Positions 61,795-64,000 of a DNA stretch of 64,000 nt are shown here, piece after piece. This stretch comes from Tubulanus polymorphus (Eukaryota > Animalia > Nemertea), in the NCBI RefSeq assembly GCF_964204645.1, contig NC_134027.1, positions 1,892,485 to 1,956,484 of the forward strand, read 5' to 3'. The notes beneath the pieces were generated by a model that searched no databases, was not told the origin of the DNA, and saw only the letters and a program-made list of their open reading frames with translations. How positions within the stretch are numbered: position 1 is the stretch's first letter; each line of letters starts with the position of its first letter. The position numbers and the translations under genes are program-made.

Positions 61795-64000
61795 ATGTCG
61801 CAAACAGTCGTTCGACCGACGGTTTTCGTATCATCTCCGAGTCAACATCTGAAATGTGGATTTTGTCATAAAGTTTACAATGATCCGGTGATCAGTACCG
61901 TCTGTGGACATACGTTCTGTAGAAGTTGTATTACTAGTTGCAAGCCGGCAGAGGTTGATGACAGCTGTCAAAATGGGAATTCTGTAGTTTGCCCTTTAGA
62001 TAGTTTTATCTGTGGTCTAGATACATTGGTATTGAACAGGTATGCCAAAAATGGTCTTGAATCATAAGACTTGGTTGATATGACTATAATAGGCCTACTA
62101 CAGTTTTTGTGTACCGGTATTGAATTTTGAAAATTTAAAGACGACACTTTTTGCTCAAATTTTCTAACTATTGCGTTCAGCGATATCTCAAAAACTATGG
62201 CACTTAATGATCATTCAAAAAGAAGCATGCTGTTTTTTGATCCCTCCGGATTCCAATAAGCTTTCTTTTTTTTATAAGACTTAATCATTGATACTCTTAA
62301 CAACCTAATTTCTTTATCTCCTCATTTACAGAGCTGTAGTTGGTCAAATCGATGATTTATTGATTCACTGTCAGTACGGTGTTAAACTCACAGATGCTGG
62401 TGAATATGTGATGGATGAAAATGGCTGCCCTGAAAAAGTGTCATTTGGTAAGAATAATGATGTGCAGTCAAAACTGCTGATTTTACACAAAAACATTTAG
62501 GGATAATAGGATAGGATTATGTGTTTGTAAAGCGCCTTAATCGATAAAATTGATATCAAAGCCGCTATCCAAAAGTAGGCATATCTAGGTGATTGTGTAG
62601 GTTTGATTGTTTTCCAAAGGTTTAAGACAACAACATGAAGATGATTGTTCCTATGGTGCAGTTGTATGTCCAAACAGCGCTGAATGTGGAACATTCAAGA
62701 AATCGAATCTTTCCGCGCATCTTGAAATATGTACAAACTTCTTCTGTTCGGCCAAAAATGCAGGTAAGACTTGAAGCCTTATTCTCATTGGATTGACATC
62801 GATGACATCCTGATTAGCTATGCTATTATCGATGATAGGCTGTCGATTTAGTGGACGTCATACAGATCTGTTGGAACATTATAAAGAATGTTCTTTCTAT
62901 CTAGCGAATAGATTAGTTCAGGGTTCTGATGGAGCCAATGACACAACAGTTTTAGCTATAAAAGAGCAAGTAAGTGCGCAAAAGATAGTATCTGTCCAAA
63001 AAACCATATAAAAAGATGAAGTTTTTTCATTTTTTCGTCAATTATTTGCAAACGAGAAATGAAATGTGAAGCGTTGTTGTTGTTTAAATAGATTGGTAAT
63101 CTTACGACTGAGAATCAGCATCTTTCACTGACTGTCGACCAACTTACAAATCGCGTGAAGAAACTAGAAGGGGAACGAGATGAGATGCGAAAACAACTGA
63201 TATCTTGTAAAACGTAAGTTCTGTCTCGAATTCACGGCTTTTATCACGGTTTCATACTACATCAATCACTGCTTGTAAATTAGTAATTCTACTATCAATA
63301 TTTCTTCGTGAACAGGTTTGGGTATGTAATGTTGATTAGTCGGTATTTAGGTGAAATTATCTTTGTTTGCGTTATCAAAATATATTTTATATTCATTGAA
63401 TTTGTCTTGTTAAGTGTTACATTTTATGCAAGATCCATTTCCACAGTTCTGAGTTCGATTTTGTTCGTGTTGAAATCAGTTCATCTCCCCTTTACTCACA
63501 ACTGTGAAACCGGGTCCGGTACTTTTGTTTCGAATTTTTTTCTTAAATGCTACATCAAAACTTTATGCATATCATTTTGCTTATGCTAAATGCATAGTTT
63601 TAGCTATAAACTGAAAATGTAAAGACACAGAAAATTGATTTTCAATTGATTTTCGTTGCAGTAATATTACAAAACTTACACAAACTGTTGAAGAGTTACA
63701 ACATTCAATGGAATCGAAAGGAAGAACATCTTCAGGTAGATACTCAATAGCCTGTTTTATGAGTAGTCCCTTTCTTTGCAATGTAGACATTTTTAGAAAC
63801 TATTAATTCAAAATTCAATTTGTCATTAGGTTTGAATTGTGTAATGCCGAAATCACCTCGGTCCACTAGTACAAGTATGATGTCAACATCTTCACCAGTT
63901 AGTAATCCTAATGTAAGTCTGGTTGATACATCTACTTCCAGTCGCAGTAACAGTACAGAAAACTGGACGACACCTTTAATGTTTAAATGTCTCGGTACAT
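61795..64000 (+). CDS. TRAF7: TRAF7-like E3 ligase, 5' part (RING, TRAF zinc finger, coiled coil, start of WD40); runs off the window
   Basis: CGFCHKVYNDPVISTVCGHTFCRSC...CPLD; AVVGQIDDLLIHCQYG; HEDDC...CPN...HL..C; ends FKCLGT like the first TRAF7 WD40 repeat; may be a paralog rather than the ortholog. Confidence 0.75.

Overview
AT-rich, intron-containing invertebrate (bilaterian-like) nuclear DNA, not prokaryotic. Left part: 3' exons of AP-1 gamma adaptin (AP1G1, +), SDR39U1 (-) and anillin (ANLN, +), the last two head-to-head. A ~31.7-kb block (about 16707-48424) with no recognisable host protein gene follows. It is bracketed by a collinear, internally deleted duplicate of the ANLN 3' end. 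It holds a ~5-kb x4 macrosatellite (five CTCF-like motifs and one exon-like segment per unit, plus a hammerhead-ribozyme insertion in unit 2), an 18-bp minisatellite and a structurally complete DIRS1-type tyrosine-recombinase retrotransposon (ITRs, ICR, 3 ORFs, probably inactivated by an R->W change in the recombinase). Right part: two divergent single-exon class A GPCRs, TCAIM (-) head-to-head with NAPG (+; U12-type intron and 18-nt microexon) and the 5' part of a TRAF7-like gene. Introns carry many MITEs. Exon coordinates were read by eye and may be off by a few bases. Gene names come from remembered protein motifs, not database searches.
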